Positions 44,957 through 57,867 of a stretch of DNA of 64,000 bases are shown piece after piece. The stretch is taken from contig NC_135262.1 of the NCBI RefSeq assembly GCF_964204865.1, forward strand, positions 8,990,001 to 9,054,000, in the 5' to 3' direction. This stretch comes from Styela clava (lineage: Eukaryota). Numbering within the stretch: position 1 is the first letter of the stretch; each line of letters begins with the position of its first letter. Below the pieces are notes generated by a model, which was not told where the DNA came from, ran no database searches, and was given only the letters and a program-made list of their open reading frames with translations. A program made the translations under genes and the position numbers.

Positions 44957-46337
44957 TATTTAAATTATATTTAAACTAAAGTAATAAATTCTCTAATTCA
45001 CTAATGGAACAAATTGCAACTGATTTTTTGAATAACTAGAAGTCATTTTCAACTTTTTTTGTTTGTGTGTTCTATGGGATCAGAAACCCAAACGAACGCA
45101 TCAAATAAGATGCACACTAAAACGTCTTTGTTGTGATAAAAATATTTAGTCAAAAAGTACTCCATCAACAACAAACATATTTTCGAACAAAACACTGTTT
45201 TTCATTGTTGAAAGATATTTTATATTATCCTCACTTCCTTATCAATTGGTGAAGCTTATTTACCAATATCCTTCATTTCAAAAAATACTCGTCGTTGAGG
45301 CAATATATGGAAGACAAAGCGACAACAAAGCTAACTGATACATTCTAGTTTTTGCAGAAAACTGCTGCAATTATTTCGGAACATTCAGATGTACTAAACT
45401 GTTTCATATGTTTTTTCTTTTGATATTATCAGAATGATTAAGCAATAATTGTTGTGATTCACAAAGTATAATAAATATGTGAGGCGGAAATAAAGAACGC
45501 TGCGTAATAATATATACTTATACATATATATATACTTAAAATTAGTAATATTAATGATTTTGCATCTCCTGAACCAGATAGGTACTTGATGGACATAGTC
45601 CATTTGGTAAAAATTTGGACTATTTGAAAAAATAAAGTCTTGTCTTGTCGTCTCGATCAATGAATCTAATCGGTGTAAGAATATATTTCGAAACATACAG
45701 TTTTGCTTTTTGAGGATAAATACTGCCATGGTTTTAATTGAATGAAACACGAATTGTGTTATAATTAATTATCTATCCTACAACTGTAAGCTACATTATC
45801 TTTTAATGTATGAACAACAGTAACAAAGCGAATAAAATATGATTAGAATGACGTTATGTATTTACGTTTATACTCATGATGCATGTGAATATGATTATCG
45901 TAATGTTATCATCGCTAGATTGAATATTATTATATATGTGTAATAATTACTTGACAGTTGCAAATATGTTTTGCTGTTATATTCTATGAAGTGAGATCGA
46001 CGCATTTTAGTTTAACGCTGAAGTATGTGCAAATTATAGAATTTTTTTTCATAATCCGAATTAACTCAGATTGATTTAAAATTGAGTTGATAGATGAATT
46101 TACATAATTTAAGATTTGGAGAAATATGTTACACCCAGTTGATTCTAATTACTGCAAAAGATCTGAGTGTAAACGAATCAGCTCATATATTATGATTTGT
46201 TGATATTTTTCTGGCAGATATTATTTGAATTTGAGTTAGCTATTTGTTTGAAAACAATTTCATGAATTGTTTCATTTCAATTCATTTTTTTAAATAATGA
46301 TATTAGCGATAACAGGGTATTATAAATTTTAAACGAT

Positions 46338-46682
46338 ATGGCGGGAATGGTATTGGAAGTCGTTGGAGATGTGGCAGCTAGTGCGATGGAGCAATTCAAT
46401 GAAACAAAAATGGAAATTGAGGAATGGAAAAATAAGGCTGAAAAGAAACAAGAATATATTGACGAACTAAGAATGAGAGCGGAAAAATGTTACAATGTTA
46501 ACAAATTCGTTAAGCTATTCTGTTGTTGTTGTTTAAGTAAAGCTGTAATTCCTGAGCCAGAAGAAGAAGAGCAAGACGAGAGTGAAGAAGAAGAAGAAGA
46601 AAAAACTCCGCGAAGAAAATCAAAATCTAAAAGCAGAAAAAAGTCAGACGCTCAATTAAAAAATAAAAGGAAGTCCAAATAA
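46338..46682 (+). CDS. Small coiled-coil Cys-cluster protein with acidic then basic tail (member 3, 114 aa)
   Basis: AEKCYNVNKFVKLFCCCC family motif, poly-Glu tract and PRRKSKSKSRKK...KNKRKSK. Confidence 0.85.
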   Translation: MAGMVLEVVGDVAASAMEQFNETKMEIEEWKNKAEKKQEYIDELRMRAEKCYNVNKFVKLFCCCCLSKAVIPEPEEEEQDESEEEEEEKTPRRKSKSKSRKKSDAQLKNKRKSK

Positions 46683-47603
46683 AATATTGTTTTGTTGTTT
46701 CATTGTGATTCTACATTCCAATGCATTTGTGATATTTACCAAACTCATCCACAAATGATTATTAATCAAGCTTTTGTTCAGAAGTCAAATATTTATAATC
46801 CATTGTTGCTGAAGTATTCAACTGAAAATTCAGTTTTCGATCAGTCATTGCTATTTCAAACTGTAGAATATGTTCAAGCTTTACTTGTCCAAAACTTATT
46901 GAACTTAATATATAATTTACTAGGGACATCATGCCTCCAGATTCCGCTCAAAATATGATTTAGTTTGTACTTTGATAAGGACTACATTCTAACATTTCCT
47001 CATCTGATGAAATTTTTCAATCGTACTATTGAAGTTATTTTATCTTCTGTTTGATATATTTCTATAGGACAATTACGATTTCGTCGATCTTCAAAGTTTT
47101 ATTGATAAAAACTGTATAGTATATGTTAAACTAAATTATTAAAAAAAATAATCATGTGACATTGACAATGAGTATATATGAATCAAACACACTTATTTAT
47201 TGAGATATTATTTATATAACATTTAGAAAAAAAGGGTAATTTACTTGTGTAAATAAACGGAGTAGAGTAATATGAAATATAGCTAAAAAAAAGTTATCAC
47301 CAAGCAAAACGAAACATGCTTTAATAAATTTTGTACGTGATGAACGTACTGTTTTAGTGTCTACAGTTTGCATAACACTTTTAATTCTTATAGAATGTAT
47401 TATTGTCTGTATTGGCGTTTCTTATTACCACGTTTGATTTGATTTAATTTTGGGTTGTACAATGTACATTACAAAATATGACATACAAAAAGGAATGAAT
47501 ATTGTACGTTTCTGGAATACAATCTGATAGCATTCAAATTTGGAGATAGAATATTTACAATTACTATACAAAGTGGGATGGTGAATTAGACTCGTTTGTC
47601 GTT

Positions 47604-47837
47604 TCAGATCCGCGCTTCATTGTAATGAACTTTGGATGTCTTCGGTTTAAATTTTGTTATGCAACAGCAGCAAAACACTTTTATAAAACTGTTGACTTTG
47701 TATGAGTTTTTTAGTGCTTCTTCCAATTCCACTATCCGGCGTTCTTTTTCTCGCAGTAATTCATTTGTTCCGGAGTATTCTTTATAACCAGCCACAGCGC
47801 CAGCTCCAAGCGCTGCTCCAAAGGATGCCGCCGCCAT
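47604..47837 (-). CDS. Minimal coiled-coil Cys-cluster protein (member 4, 77 aa; ATG at 47837)
   Basis: MAAASFGAALGAGAVAGYKEYSG...LREKERRIVELEEALKNSYKVNSFIKVFCCCC. Confidence 0.82.
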   Translation of the reverse strand: MAAASFGAALGAGAVAGYKEYSGTNELLREKERRIVELEEALKNSYKVNSFIKVFCCCCITKFKPKTSKVHYNEARI

Positions 47838-47902
47838 TATATCAGTTATATTATTGAAAATAGAACTAATATTGTAATTATTCACAGAAAAAATATAAAT
47901 TT

Positions 47903-49825
47903 TTCAATTATCTAGGTAAATTTTATACCGTTACTAGACTATAAATTCGAGTGTTGCTAGTATGCAAAAGTTTATAATTATTATATACATTACGCGATAA
48001 CAAGCATGATAGATTGATCATTAAACTGTGATTTTGTGAGCGAATGCAAGAAGTTGAGTATTATTTTAAAAGGACGTTACCTGAGTAGAAATTATTTCAT
48101 AACACAGTAAATGTATTCTGATCCAGTTAACTAGATTAAAATTATATCAAGAATATAATACCTCATCAGAAATGTTATAGATTAATATTCTCATTCAACT
48201 CTACACAAAGTATCATGCCCTGTGGTCTGATTGCACATATGAGTTGATTGCTAAATTCTAATAAGAATTCACTAAAAATTAACCTTTCTGAAACCTTTCA
48301 TTAGTATACAAATATTCTCGATATTATTACAGCACTTTCACACAATAGCCTAAGTATAATTTTCAATTCTCTAACACGAGTCACAATTTATCCATAAGTA
48401 TGTGCATGAAGATTGCTGGCAGATCATTTCACGTATGAACAAGTAGTTTACGGATTCCTCCACTATTCACTTTGCTCTACAAACAATTAGTAATAATCAA
48501 CTGGTTAGCTATTCCCACTTCTACCTAAACCGGTAATTGGTAGAAAATCCGCATATGATTAAGCTGTCATAATTAAGTTCCTTTCTTTAGCAAAATGCGG
48601 GAATTTAATCCTAAGACTAGTATTTAAGTAGCGTAAAATACATATAAAGATTCCCGGAACAATGATTTTATATTAACTCAGAATTCATAATTTACATATA
48701 AGCTTAGACGACAACAACAGCTCCTTTGATTCAAGTGGTGTTTCATTGTCGTCAATTTGTATATTGTTTGAACAAGATCAAATTTGCCCTGACAAGCCCA
48801 ACCAACACTTTGACTTAGCCAATATTTGTTGAATGTTTGATTCAAAGTCAAAAGTTCATACAGATCTGAATACCGCTTATAGATGGAATTAGCGCATATA
48901 AAAATAAGGAAGAATGTATTTCTTATTTAAAGTGTTTTTACATACATTCACAAAACATGTTAAAAGGCAAATATCAATTTGATAAATAGAACTTAGATTT
49001 CTTGCCAAGTTTCAATTATCTAGGTAAATTTCATACCGTTAGCAGATCATTAATTCAAGTGTTGCTAGTATGCAAAAGTTTATAATTATTATATATATTA
49101 CGCGATAACAAGCATGATAGATTGAGCATTAAACTTTGATTTGGTGAGCGAATGACAAGCAGTTGAGTGTTATTTTAAAAGGACGTTTTCTGAGTAGAAA
49201 TTATTTCATAACACAGTAAATGTATTCTGATCCGGTTAACTAGATTAAAATTATATCAAGAATATAATAACTCATCAGAAATTTTATAGAATCTCTAATA
49301 AATATTCTCATTCAACTTTACACAAAGTATCATGCCCTGTGGTCTGATTGCACATATGAGTTGATTGCTAAATTCTAATAAGAATAAACTAAAAATTAAC
49401 CTTTCTGAAACCTTTCATTAGTATACAAATATTCTTGATATTATTACAGCACTTTCACACAATAGCCTAAGTATAATTTTCAATTCTCTAACACGAGTCA
49501 CAATTTATCCATAAGCACGTGCGTGAAGATTGCTGGCAGATCATTTCACGTATGAACAAGTAGTTTACGGATTCCTCCACTATTCACTTTGCTCTACAAA
49601 CAATTAGTAATGATCAACTGGTTAACTATTCCCACTTCTACCTAAACCGGTAATTGGTAGAAAATCCGCATATGATTAAGCTGTCATGATTAGGTTCCTT
49701 TCTTTAGCAAAATGCGGGAATTTTATCCTAAGACTAGTATGTAAGTAGCGTAAAATACATATGAAGATTCCCGGATCAATGATTACTTACCGATCTTAAG
49801 ATCGGTAAGTATGTTGATAGGTATT

Positions 49826-49864
<39 letters not shown>

Positions 49865-50406
49865 ATGTTTGTCTGTTTGTCTGTTAGATGAACGCGATAT
49901 CTCACGTGGTTGAATCTGCTCCAAATTTTGCAGGTGCATGCATCTTACTTCGGACCAGAAGCCTATAGATTTTGGGTTAATTATGTCGTATAATTAGCGA
50001 GTTATTAACTAATTACCGATCTAAGATCGATAAGTCTTCGGTCTCCGACCGATATTCTCGTTTTATATTTTCTCAGAATTCATAATTTACATATAAGCTT
50101 AGACGACAACAACAGCTCCTTTGATTCAAGTGGTGTTTCATTGTCGCCAATTTGTTATCATATATTGTTTGAACAAGATCAAATTTGCCCTGACAAGCCC
50201 GACCAACACTTTGACTTAACCAATATTTGTTGATTGTTTGATTCAAAGTCAAAAGTTCATACAGATCTGAATACCGCTTATAGATGGAATTATCATATAT
50301 AAAAATAAGGAAGAATGTATTTATTATTGAAAGTGTTTTTACATACATTCACAAAACATGTTAAAAGGCTAATATCAATTTGATAAATAGAACTTAGATT
50401 TCTTGC
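47903..50406. repeat. Tandem duplication of a ~1.1-kb non-coding unit (47903-49010; 49011-50406 with HINE insertion); third, partly deleted copy at 57886-58516
   Basis: TTCAATTATCTAGGTAAATT starts both units; near-identity runs to GAACTTAGATTTCTTGC. Confidence 0.92.
49783..50062 (+). mobile_element. HINE-like family 1 copy, inserted into a T-run
   Basis: TACTTACCGATCTTAAGATCGGTAAGTA hairpin, (GTCT)n and 3' TCGGTCTCCGACCGA stem-loop. The empty site AATGATTTTATATT is present in the paralogous units. Confidence 0.8.
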
Positions 50407-52317
50407 GTTTCGTACGTAGTCGTACGTAGCACTTCACCTAACATTTTAAGCTGTACAGATACATGAAGAGTGTACCTACTTTGAAACTTGGGCATGTTTG
50501 TCAAGACCAGAAGACTCGGAAATTAGACGAACGATTATAAAATACAAACACAAATCGAGGTATGGGCCACAAACGAAAGCTATATAAAGATGCTAGCAAC
50601 AATGAATTCATATTAAACTGAGTTTCTAATTTACATATAAGCGCATACGATCGTAAAATCCCCTCCCTACGTGCCGAGTGGTGGTTCAAGGTCGTCAGTT
50701 GTCTTTGTAATCATCCAATATTTGAAAATCAAATTTGCCCGTAAGACGAGCCTTCGACTTATCGACCTATTTTGTGTTACCTATACATCTCACCTGGAAT
50801 ATTAAGATGTCCAGATTTTTAAAAAAATGCAAAAGTTATAAATGTAGGCTTCTACGGTTTTGCTAAAAGCTTAGTCTGATCAAGAGGGATATTTGTCAAG
50901 AAACGATTATACACGAAAACTTCCTGGAAATGTTAAACATACGGTCGCACTGTATAAGTAGAATTCATTCTACACAAGGTAGCTGTACTTTAAGTTGCTC
51001 TTGTATTCGTTTAGTTGAATTACTCCAACAAAATGAAGATTTTTGTGTTTATACTTTGTTTCGTATTCCTGGATGGCATGAACATGAGAGTAACATCTCA
51101 TCGCACAGCAAAGAAATGTGTTTTACCAAAGTCTCAGAAGATTAACTGGAACAAGGTTTGTTTATTATTTTATGCTGCGCTCCCGTTTTAGAGTTTGTCA
51201 AGCCGTCCGTCCCGTCCAACCTCGAAAATAACTAGCTAACGATAAACTACAAATAACATAGTAAAGAGAAAGTATATTTGTTTTATTAATAAAAAAAAAC
51301 GTTGAAAACATGCGAATGGGAGGTAAATAATGAAATAAATGAAGGAAAGTTTCAAAAACAAGCCAATTTTGTCGCAACAGCTCTCCACAATCTCTAACCA
51401 ATAAAGAAATATAAATAACCAAATGACGGCGGGCCAGATAAAATCTAACAAATATATTTGTTTTAAAAAGTTGTCTGCGTCCCGTTGTGGGTCGCGACCC
51501 ACCATTTGTGATCCGCTGTATAGGTTTTCTAATCATATTTGTATAATAGAAAACGTTGGGAAGTCAGTTATAAATATATTGCTCACGGTATAAAGTCACA
51601 TCATACCAATCAATGCACAGGTGTCTATCTACACCAGTTGAACCAAACACAAACTTATTTTTACGTTCGTAGTACTTAGTGGGGATGGTAAACGAATTTT
51701 TGAGCAATTGAAGAATCATACCAATTATGAATGCCTATAAAACATGTAAAGCTAGAAAGATAATTTTAAATTTCCTTGACTAATTTGACATGAAAATAAA
51801 CTATGCTACTCATCAATGGCTCTGAGTTGCCGCTGTCTTGATACTACACGTAACTTTTTTGTATTATATATGAAATAATTGATGTTGAGTTTCACAGATT
51901 CGTGGAAATTGGTACGAAGCCTTAAACAGAAAAAGTCCGTTGGAAAAACTATTAAGCTGTGAAGCCTGGAGTCATGTGGTATCAATTAAGAATGGCATCA
52001 AGCTAAATCTCAGAAACGAAGATTGGTGAGTGATGATGTAGTTGAACGACTATTCTTCTGCCTGTCAAATAATATATATATATATATATATGCAAAGTTT
52101 ACTTCATTTTATACAGGAAAACTCACACATATAGCGTTCTTCCGATGTTCATTAGAATTACAAAATCAGGCACAGGAATTTGGAAACCGCCGACAGGTAA
52201 GTTCCCATATTTTTTGTGCTGTTGTATTGAATAACATACAATTTTTTCTTTTTCTTTTGTCAATCGTAGGTTGTGTAATCTCAAATGTAGAATATTTTCA
52301 ATTTCAAACAATTTGTA

Positions 52318-52622
52318 AACGAGATAGCGATCAGAGACCGCCGACTTATCGATCTAGCGGCGTGTATCCTTCGCTCTGACTCAATAGCGATACCGCGTGT
52401 CTTATCACTAATTATCTAATAACTCGCTAATTAAAGGGCATAATTTATCCAAAATCAATAGGTTCTGGTCCGAGATATGATGATTACACATGCACAAAAT
52501 TCGGAGCAGATTCAGTCGCGAATTCGTGAGGTATCGCGTAACATACGAAAGTGTCCAACAGACAGGCAGACAAACAAACAAATACCTATCAACATACTTA
52601 CCGATCAAGATCGATAAGTAAT
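52318..52622 (-). mobile_element. HINE-like family 1 copy in lipocalin-1 intron 3
   Basis: Same termini and core as 9961-10282; the corresponding copy in the duplicate is at 60433-61598. Confidence 0.75.
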
Positions 52623-52827
52623 AAAAGTTCAATGACACCATAACGAAAGTTAGCATGGGGATTGTCATTAGTGTCACAATATTACAACCATGACCGATGT
52701 GTAAGTACAGTTTAGTACTGAAATTATAGCATAGTTAGTAAGAATATTAAAATACCAAAATATTAGACATTAGAAAAATGAGTGATATAATCTTGCGTTC
52801 TCTCTGCAAAATAGTGTTGTTGTATTA

Positions 52828-53125
52828 TTACTTATCGATTTTATTCGGTAAGTATGTTGATAGGTATTTGTCTGTCTGTATGTCTGTTAGATGCACGCGA
52901 TATCTCACGAAAGCAAGATTGAATCTTTTCCAAATTTTGCATGTTCATTAATCTTATCTCGAACCAGAAGCCTATTGATTTTGGGCAAATTATGTCGTAT
53001 AATTAGCGAGTTATCAAATAATTAGTGATGGGACACAAGGTGTCACTATGGAGTTAGAGCGCTGTTTTGGGGGATCCCCTAACTTTCGATCGATAAGTCT
53101 TCGGTCTCTGACCGATATTCTCATT
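52828..53125 (+). mobile_element. HINE-like family 1 copy in lipocalin-1 intron 3
   Basis: Nearly full-length reverse complement of 9961-10282. Confidence 0.8.
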
Positions 53126-55757
53126 TATAGTATTGACATTGATTCAAATTTAAAATACCCAATTACTGAGATCAAATTACTTCTTTTTAGAATACTTTCA
53201 TGTGCCTTAATTAAAAGATGTCACAATATCCTATTATCCGCTGCAGCGTATCATGTCATATAATATGCTATACATTTTCTAAACTTGTCATTGTACTTGT
53301 TCAAAAGGGTTATATGTAGTCAATTCAACATGTATTTTGACGAAAAGCTTACATTTTTTATTGTTTTTATTTTATACGCAGTGAAAAAATGGTTTGCCTC
53401 TTTGAAACAGAGTTCCGCATCACAATATTGGAAAAAAGCTCATCATGGGTAAATGCAAAATACAATTTATATAAAACATAGTATTATATTTGTTAAAGCT
53501 TTAGTTTGGAATGACATTCTGTCTCATAGTTACTGAAGCTAACAGAATATTTAACAATGGAGGTAAAGCAAAATATCTTTGAATAAACTAAAGAAAAATT
53601 GTTTGCCCAAACTTTTAGATTGCAACCTCCAAATCTGCTGAGCTGTTTGAAATGAATAACCATTTCTGAATCTACGATATGCTTTTACAAGTTTGCTTCT
53701 GTATGTTGCTTTCAGCTATGATAAAATGCTTACTTAACCCATTTTCTTATATACTTTTGCAGAATTGAAATCGATGCAAAAAGCAGGATTCGCATTTTCT
53801 ACAGATTACAAAACCTACTTCATCGTCATGTCATGTGGACGGAACGGTAAACTACAAGTCATTATTATACAGTACATTTGATAGTGTTTTATTTTCTAAT
53901 CAGCTAAATTGTTCAAATGTAACTCGTCGACCATTCAAGAAAGTTAATCTTTCATCAACTATAACTTCTGACTGAAATATTATTTTATTTCTAAATCCGA
54001 TAATGGTATATTAAAGTAATGAAACTGTTATAAAATGCCAATACGTTTCACGCTAGATTGTCCCTTAGTTTTTCTACTCAGATCTTCGTTTACCACTTCC
54101 AGAAATATAGCAAGTTTGAAATATCAGGAATTAAGAGCAATGCCTACGTAAATCATTCATGTATCAAGTGCAATAAAATAGTATTTCAACTATTTTTAAC
54201 AGGCGAGAAATACGTATGGGCGCACACGCGACATCCCTATCCCACTGCTGAATCTTTGGTTGCTATCTTCAACAGTTTGGTGAAAATTGGACACGGATGG
54301 AATGACGAGCCATTGTACTTGTCACAATGCGTCAAGATTTCTAACACATAGCCCAACCTCAAATCATTTCTGTAGAAATGATAATAAACACATACATATT
54401 CAGAGAGAAATTTTATAAAGAGGAAAAGGGAACCGCGAATGATAAGAAAAATAGTAATGAAGCTGCCCTAATACAGTTAATGACACACTTGATAGATGTA
54501 AATGACATTGTAATGTAATCTGAAATTTATTATGAAATGTGATTGAAATAAATGATGTGAAGGGTTTTCACTCAGAACTATGTCATGTTCTTCAATAACA
54601 GTAACAAAGCCACAGCAAAAATTCAGCAAATCAACCCATATTTACACTTCTCATTCAATAAACCTGTAGGCTGTAAAGTCAATCATGAACTTTTAAACCA
54701 GCGTTTCCCAACCTTTTTCGATCGCGGACTATTTTCTCTCCGGCGAAAACCTTTGTGGACTCAATGTGCGTTTATTGCAACCGTACTCTGTGTAAAAAGC
54801 AATAAAACCAAACACAACAAAACTTTAACGAATTTCAAAATCGAAAATTCGCCGCAATTACGCGTTCGTTAAAAGAGTCGAATTTTCTTGAGTATAAAAT
54901 GGCCTTTTCTGTCGCATAATATTCAATCCAATGACGACGACGAAAATTTTAAATGTCCTTCTATAAAAATATTCTTATAATTCTGCACAGACATATTTCA
55001 GATAATTTATTCATATTTCATTGCAGTTCTTCGACTTTATCTTAAGAAAGTCAAAACATTCTGTCCGCGTCGTGTTGTAAATATTAAGTGTGTTCATGGT
55101 AACTCGCGGTTGCTTTGATTTACGACAAGATGAAAGCATTACTGCTTTAAAATGGCAAGGCAATCTGGAACTATGATGATGTGAGAATATATTGCCCGAT
55201 TATATTTAGTTTGGATAAATATTTTTTTGCGATCTTGCGAATTTGTTGTCGCCGTTAGAAAAATCCTACCATCTGCTATAAATTTCCAGAAAGTACAACT
55301 TGATTTAGCACTTAGTAAAAATATATTTGAAGTATATCAGTAAATTAAAAAAACATATTCATCGCCTTGCTTTATTATTAATTTAATTGTGATCAATATA
55401 ATCTGCGGGCGTGTTGACAAAATAAAAGCAATACTACTCAGGAAATATCATGACAATGCGTGGACACAAAAATGCGTGAAAGTGCCTGATTATATTTTGA
55501 TTCGTATTTTTGTGAATTTGACAAATCTGAGCTGTTCGTACCAATGTGGAGGCTAAAAAAGCGTTTTTAATCGCGGACCATCATAAAACAAAACTTGAGG
55601 TGTTCTCCGTTTTATTTTTAGTATTGCCGCTTTTCAATTTAAAAAATTTGGGTCGCCACCATTGACACTTAGCATCAGAAAAAAAATTATTCCTCGTTGT
55701 TCGAACTCGCGAAACACCATTTAGGTATATATCGAAGCGTGTGCAGGCTAGTGTTTT

Positions 55758-57867
55758 CGTCAGACTTCATTTCAAAGCGTGGAAACTTTCAAGAAATAAA
55801 ATGAAATTAAATTTTTGTGAACATCATAATAAACTCAATTAAACACGAAATCAGCACTGTTTCTTCAGGACAGAATTTCAGATATTGTGTTACAAACATA
55901 GTATTTATTCGTAATTTAACAAAATCAAGAAATATAACTGTATATATATAATTATGAAATGGTAAAATCACATTTAAAGAATTAAAGGTAATAAGTGCAT
56001 ACAGTCAACGTAACAAAAGTGTTTTTCAATTTATGAAATGTAATGTATGATGACAATTGTAACGATATTGGAATAAAACATGTTTGCCAAGCAAATAATT
56101 AACTGATATATAAACCGAGACATTCGGTTTTTAATTAATCTGAGTAATTAATACAATAATGGGATAAAAATACGATAAACTCTATTAATTAAATTGCCTG
56201 TATAGTGATAAATGACCTTTCGACTTAGTTCAGTATCAACGTGGAACTACAGCAGCGCTCGATTTTTTGAGACAGCAACAACAACATGCTTTGACAAAGC
56301 CGTTGGCTTTATAGGTTTTTTCCAAGCCCTTTTTCATTTTCTTGATTTCCTTTTGCTGTAGTTTGTTTTCAGCCATTGATTTATCCAATGCAATTTGCAA
56401 ATTCTCAATCTCACTTTGTTTTTGTTCCAAGTTTATTTCCAAATTATTAATCTCTTTTTGCTTTGTATCATTCTCGGTCTTCAATTCAATTATATTTCTG
56501 TTCTTTCCACTAAGTTCTCCAACTGCTTCGCCGACTGCACCGAACACAGATTGTGTCAGTGACATGATTTACTCAACCAAAATGTTGTTGACTTATATTA
56601 ATATAGGCAGAGAATATGAAAAATCAATTTCAGAGTTAGATATAGTAAAATAGGTTTATTATTACAATTTTTCTTGAAAACGCAATAGAGAGACAATAGT
56701 ATTCCAGTCGGAAATTGGATATATCTTCCCTTACACTTCTGAAGAGTGTCCAATAGGTTTCTACTGATCTAAAAGGATTCTTGTTTCTGTTCCATCTATA
56801 AAGAAGACCCAGCGATCTTCAGGAAAAACAAACGAGAAACAACACAAACGAGTAGCAACGGCATGCCTGTATCCTAGCAATATTGGTCTCAGAGAGAGAA
56901 GATTTGTAAAAGCCTTTTGTTAGGCAAATCATTTATTTGTTGAATAGATGGTAGGCCTACAGATGTAACGCCGCGACCGAAAGCTATTATTCAAGAAATA
57001 AATGACTTCTCTAACAAAAGGTTTTCTCAAATCTGAACCATCGTTGTAAAATATCAATGTGTGTTCTGTTGTAAAACGTGAATATAAAGAGAATATAAAA
57101 ATTGAACTTTTCCCTTTTGCAGTACAGGACCAAGGCAAAAAACAAAGAAATGGTCGGTTCGTGTGATTTTCCACTTCATGGATTGGCGAACTCGAGTCTA
57201 GAGTATTGCGATATTGCACAAGCAAATGGAACTCAAATGACGCGTTTTAGCGCAAGTTGCGCATGCTTTGCTCAAAGCTAATGTGTTCACTAATTGAATG
57301 TTCCACTTTGAAAAACCCAGCTTTAAATCTTCTTCCCCATAATTTTCAAAAAACAAAATTACAAATGTCATTTTGACCAAAAAACCAATACCAACCTAGT
57401 GACCTGTTGGGGATGTTGGATACATGCATTTCCCGTCTTGCATGAGTAGGTTAGGCCAGAGATAAGAATGCGAATAAGAATGCAAAGGAGCTTCAGAAGT
57501 TTATTTTCTCCTATTAGGTTTTTGTGATGACACAATCAAAATAAAAAATTGCGCACCGTGTGGCGGTTTCATAAAGGCATTAAACATTGATTACATTTCT
57601 CTCTAAACTGTTGATGGCCATGATGCTGAATTAAACGAGAACCGTTTGGCCAGAGGGGGAGAATTTTTTCGTATCGAGGAAATTATATTAATATGATGTC
57701 GAGCTTGCTTCCAATAAAGTCAATATTTAGAACAATTTGTTCCAGTGGTGATGAGACGCAAGTAATTCATTGACTTTACTCGAGTTGGATTTGAGTTATC
57801 ATTTATCAAAGACTCGGTGTGAATCGAGCAAACCTAATGATATGGCTCTGACTCTGATTTCGAGTGA
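55758..57867 (-). repeat. Arm of inverted segmental duplication (partner 42085-43912)
   Basis: See the partner arm; this arm has a ~370-bp unrelated segment at ~56665-57040. Confidence 0.92.
56236..56565 (-). CDS. Small coiled-coil Cys-cluster protein (member 5, 109 aa; recent paralogue of 43083-43433)
   Basis: MSLTQSVFGAVGEAVGELSG...LEKTYKANGFVKACCCCC; the indels relative to the paralogue keep the frame. Confidence 0.85.
   Translation of the reverse strand: MSLTQSVFGAVGEAVGELSGKNRNIIELKTENDTKQKEINNLEINLEQKQSEIENLQIALDKSMAENKLQQKEIKKMKKGLEKTYKANGFVKACCCCCLKKSSAAVVPR

Larger units (their letters stand above)
51033..54351 (+). pseudogene. Lipocalin copy 1, frameshifted in exon 4; exons 51033-51155, 51898-52025, 52117-52196, 53382-53448, 53763-53846, 54203-54351
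   Basis: Near-identical to 59129-63152, but exon 4 is 67 nt rather than 69 (GCATCAC vs GCAAATCAC), which puts the TDY and HTR motifs out of frame. Could be an assembly error. Confidence 0.72.

Noticed and set aside
44470-44963. Overlapping ORFs 44511-44963 (+), 44485-44751 (+) and 44470-44709 (-)
   Set aside because: Shadow frames of the Cys-rich gene (TGT/TGC codons give Gln/Thr/Ala/Asn-rich antisense frames). Only 44474-44956 carries the family motif.
50073-50689. ORFs repeated in the duplicated upstream unit (e.g. 50501-50689 and 58603-58785; an SCCC-containing ORF at 50073-50348)
   Set aside because: Mostly non-ATG starts, frames not preserved among the three copies, and no family motif or coiled coil.
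54699-55600. hAT-like end CAGCGTTTCCCAACCTTTTT at the duplication breakpoint
   Set aside because: Probably a MITE, but I found no matching right terminus or target duplication, so its boundaries cannot be supported.
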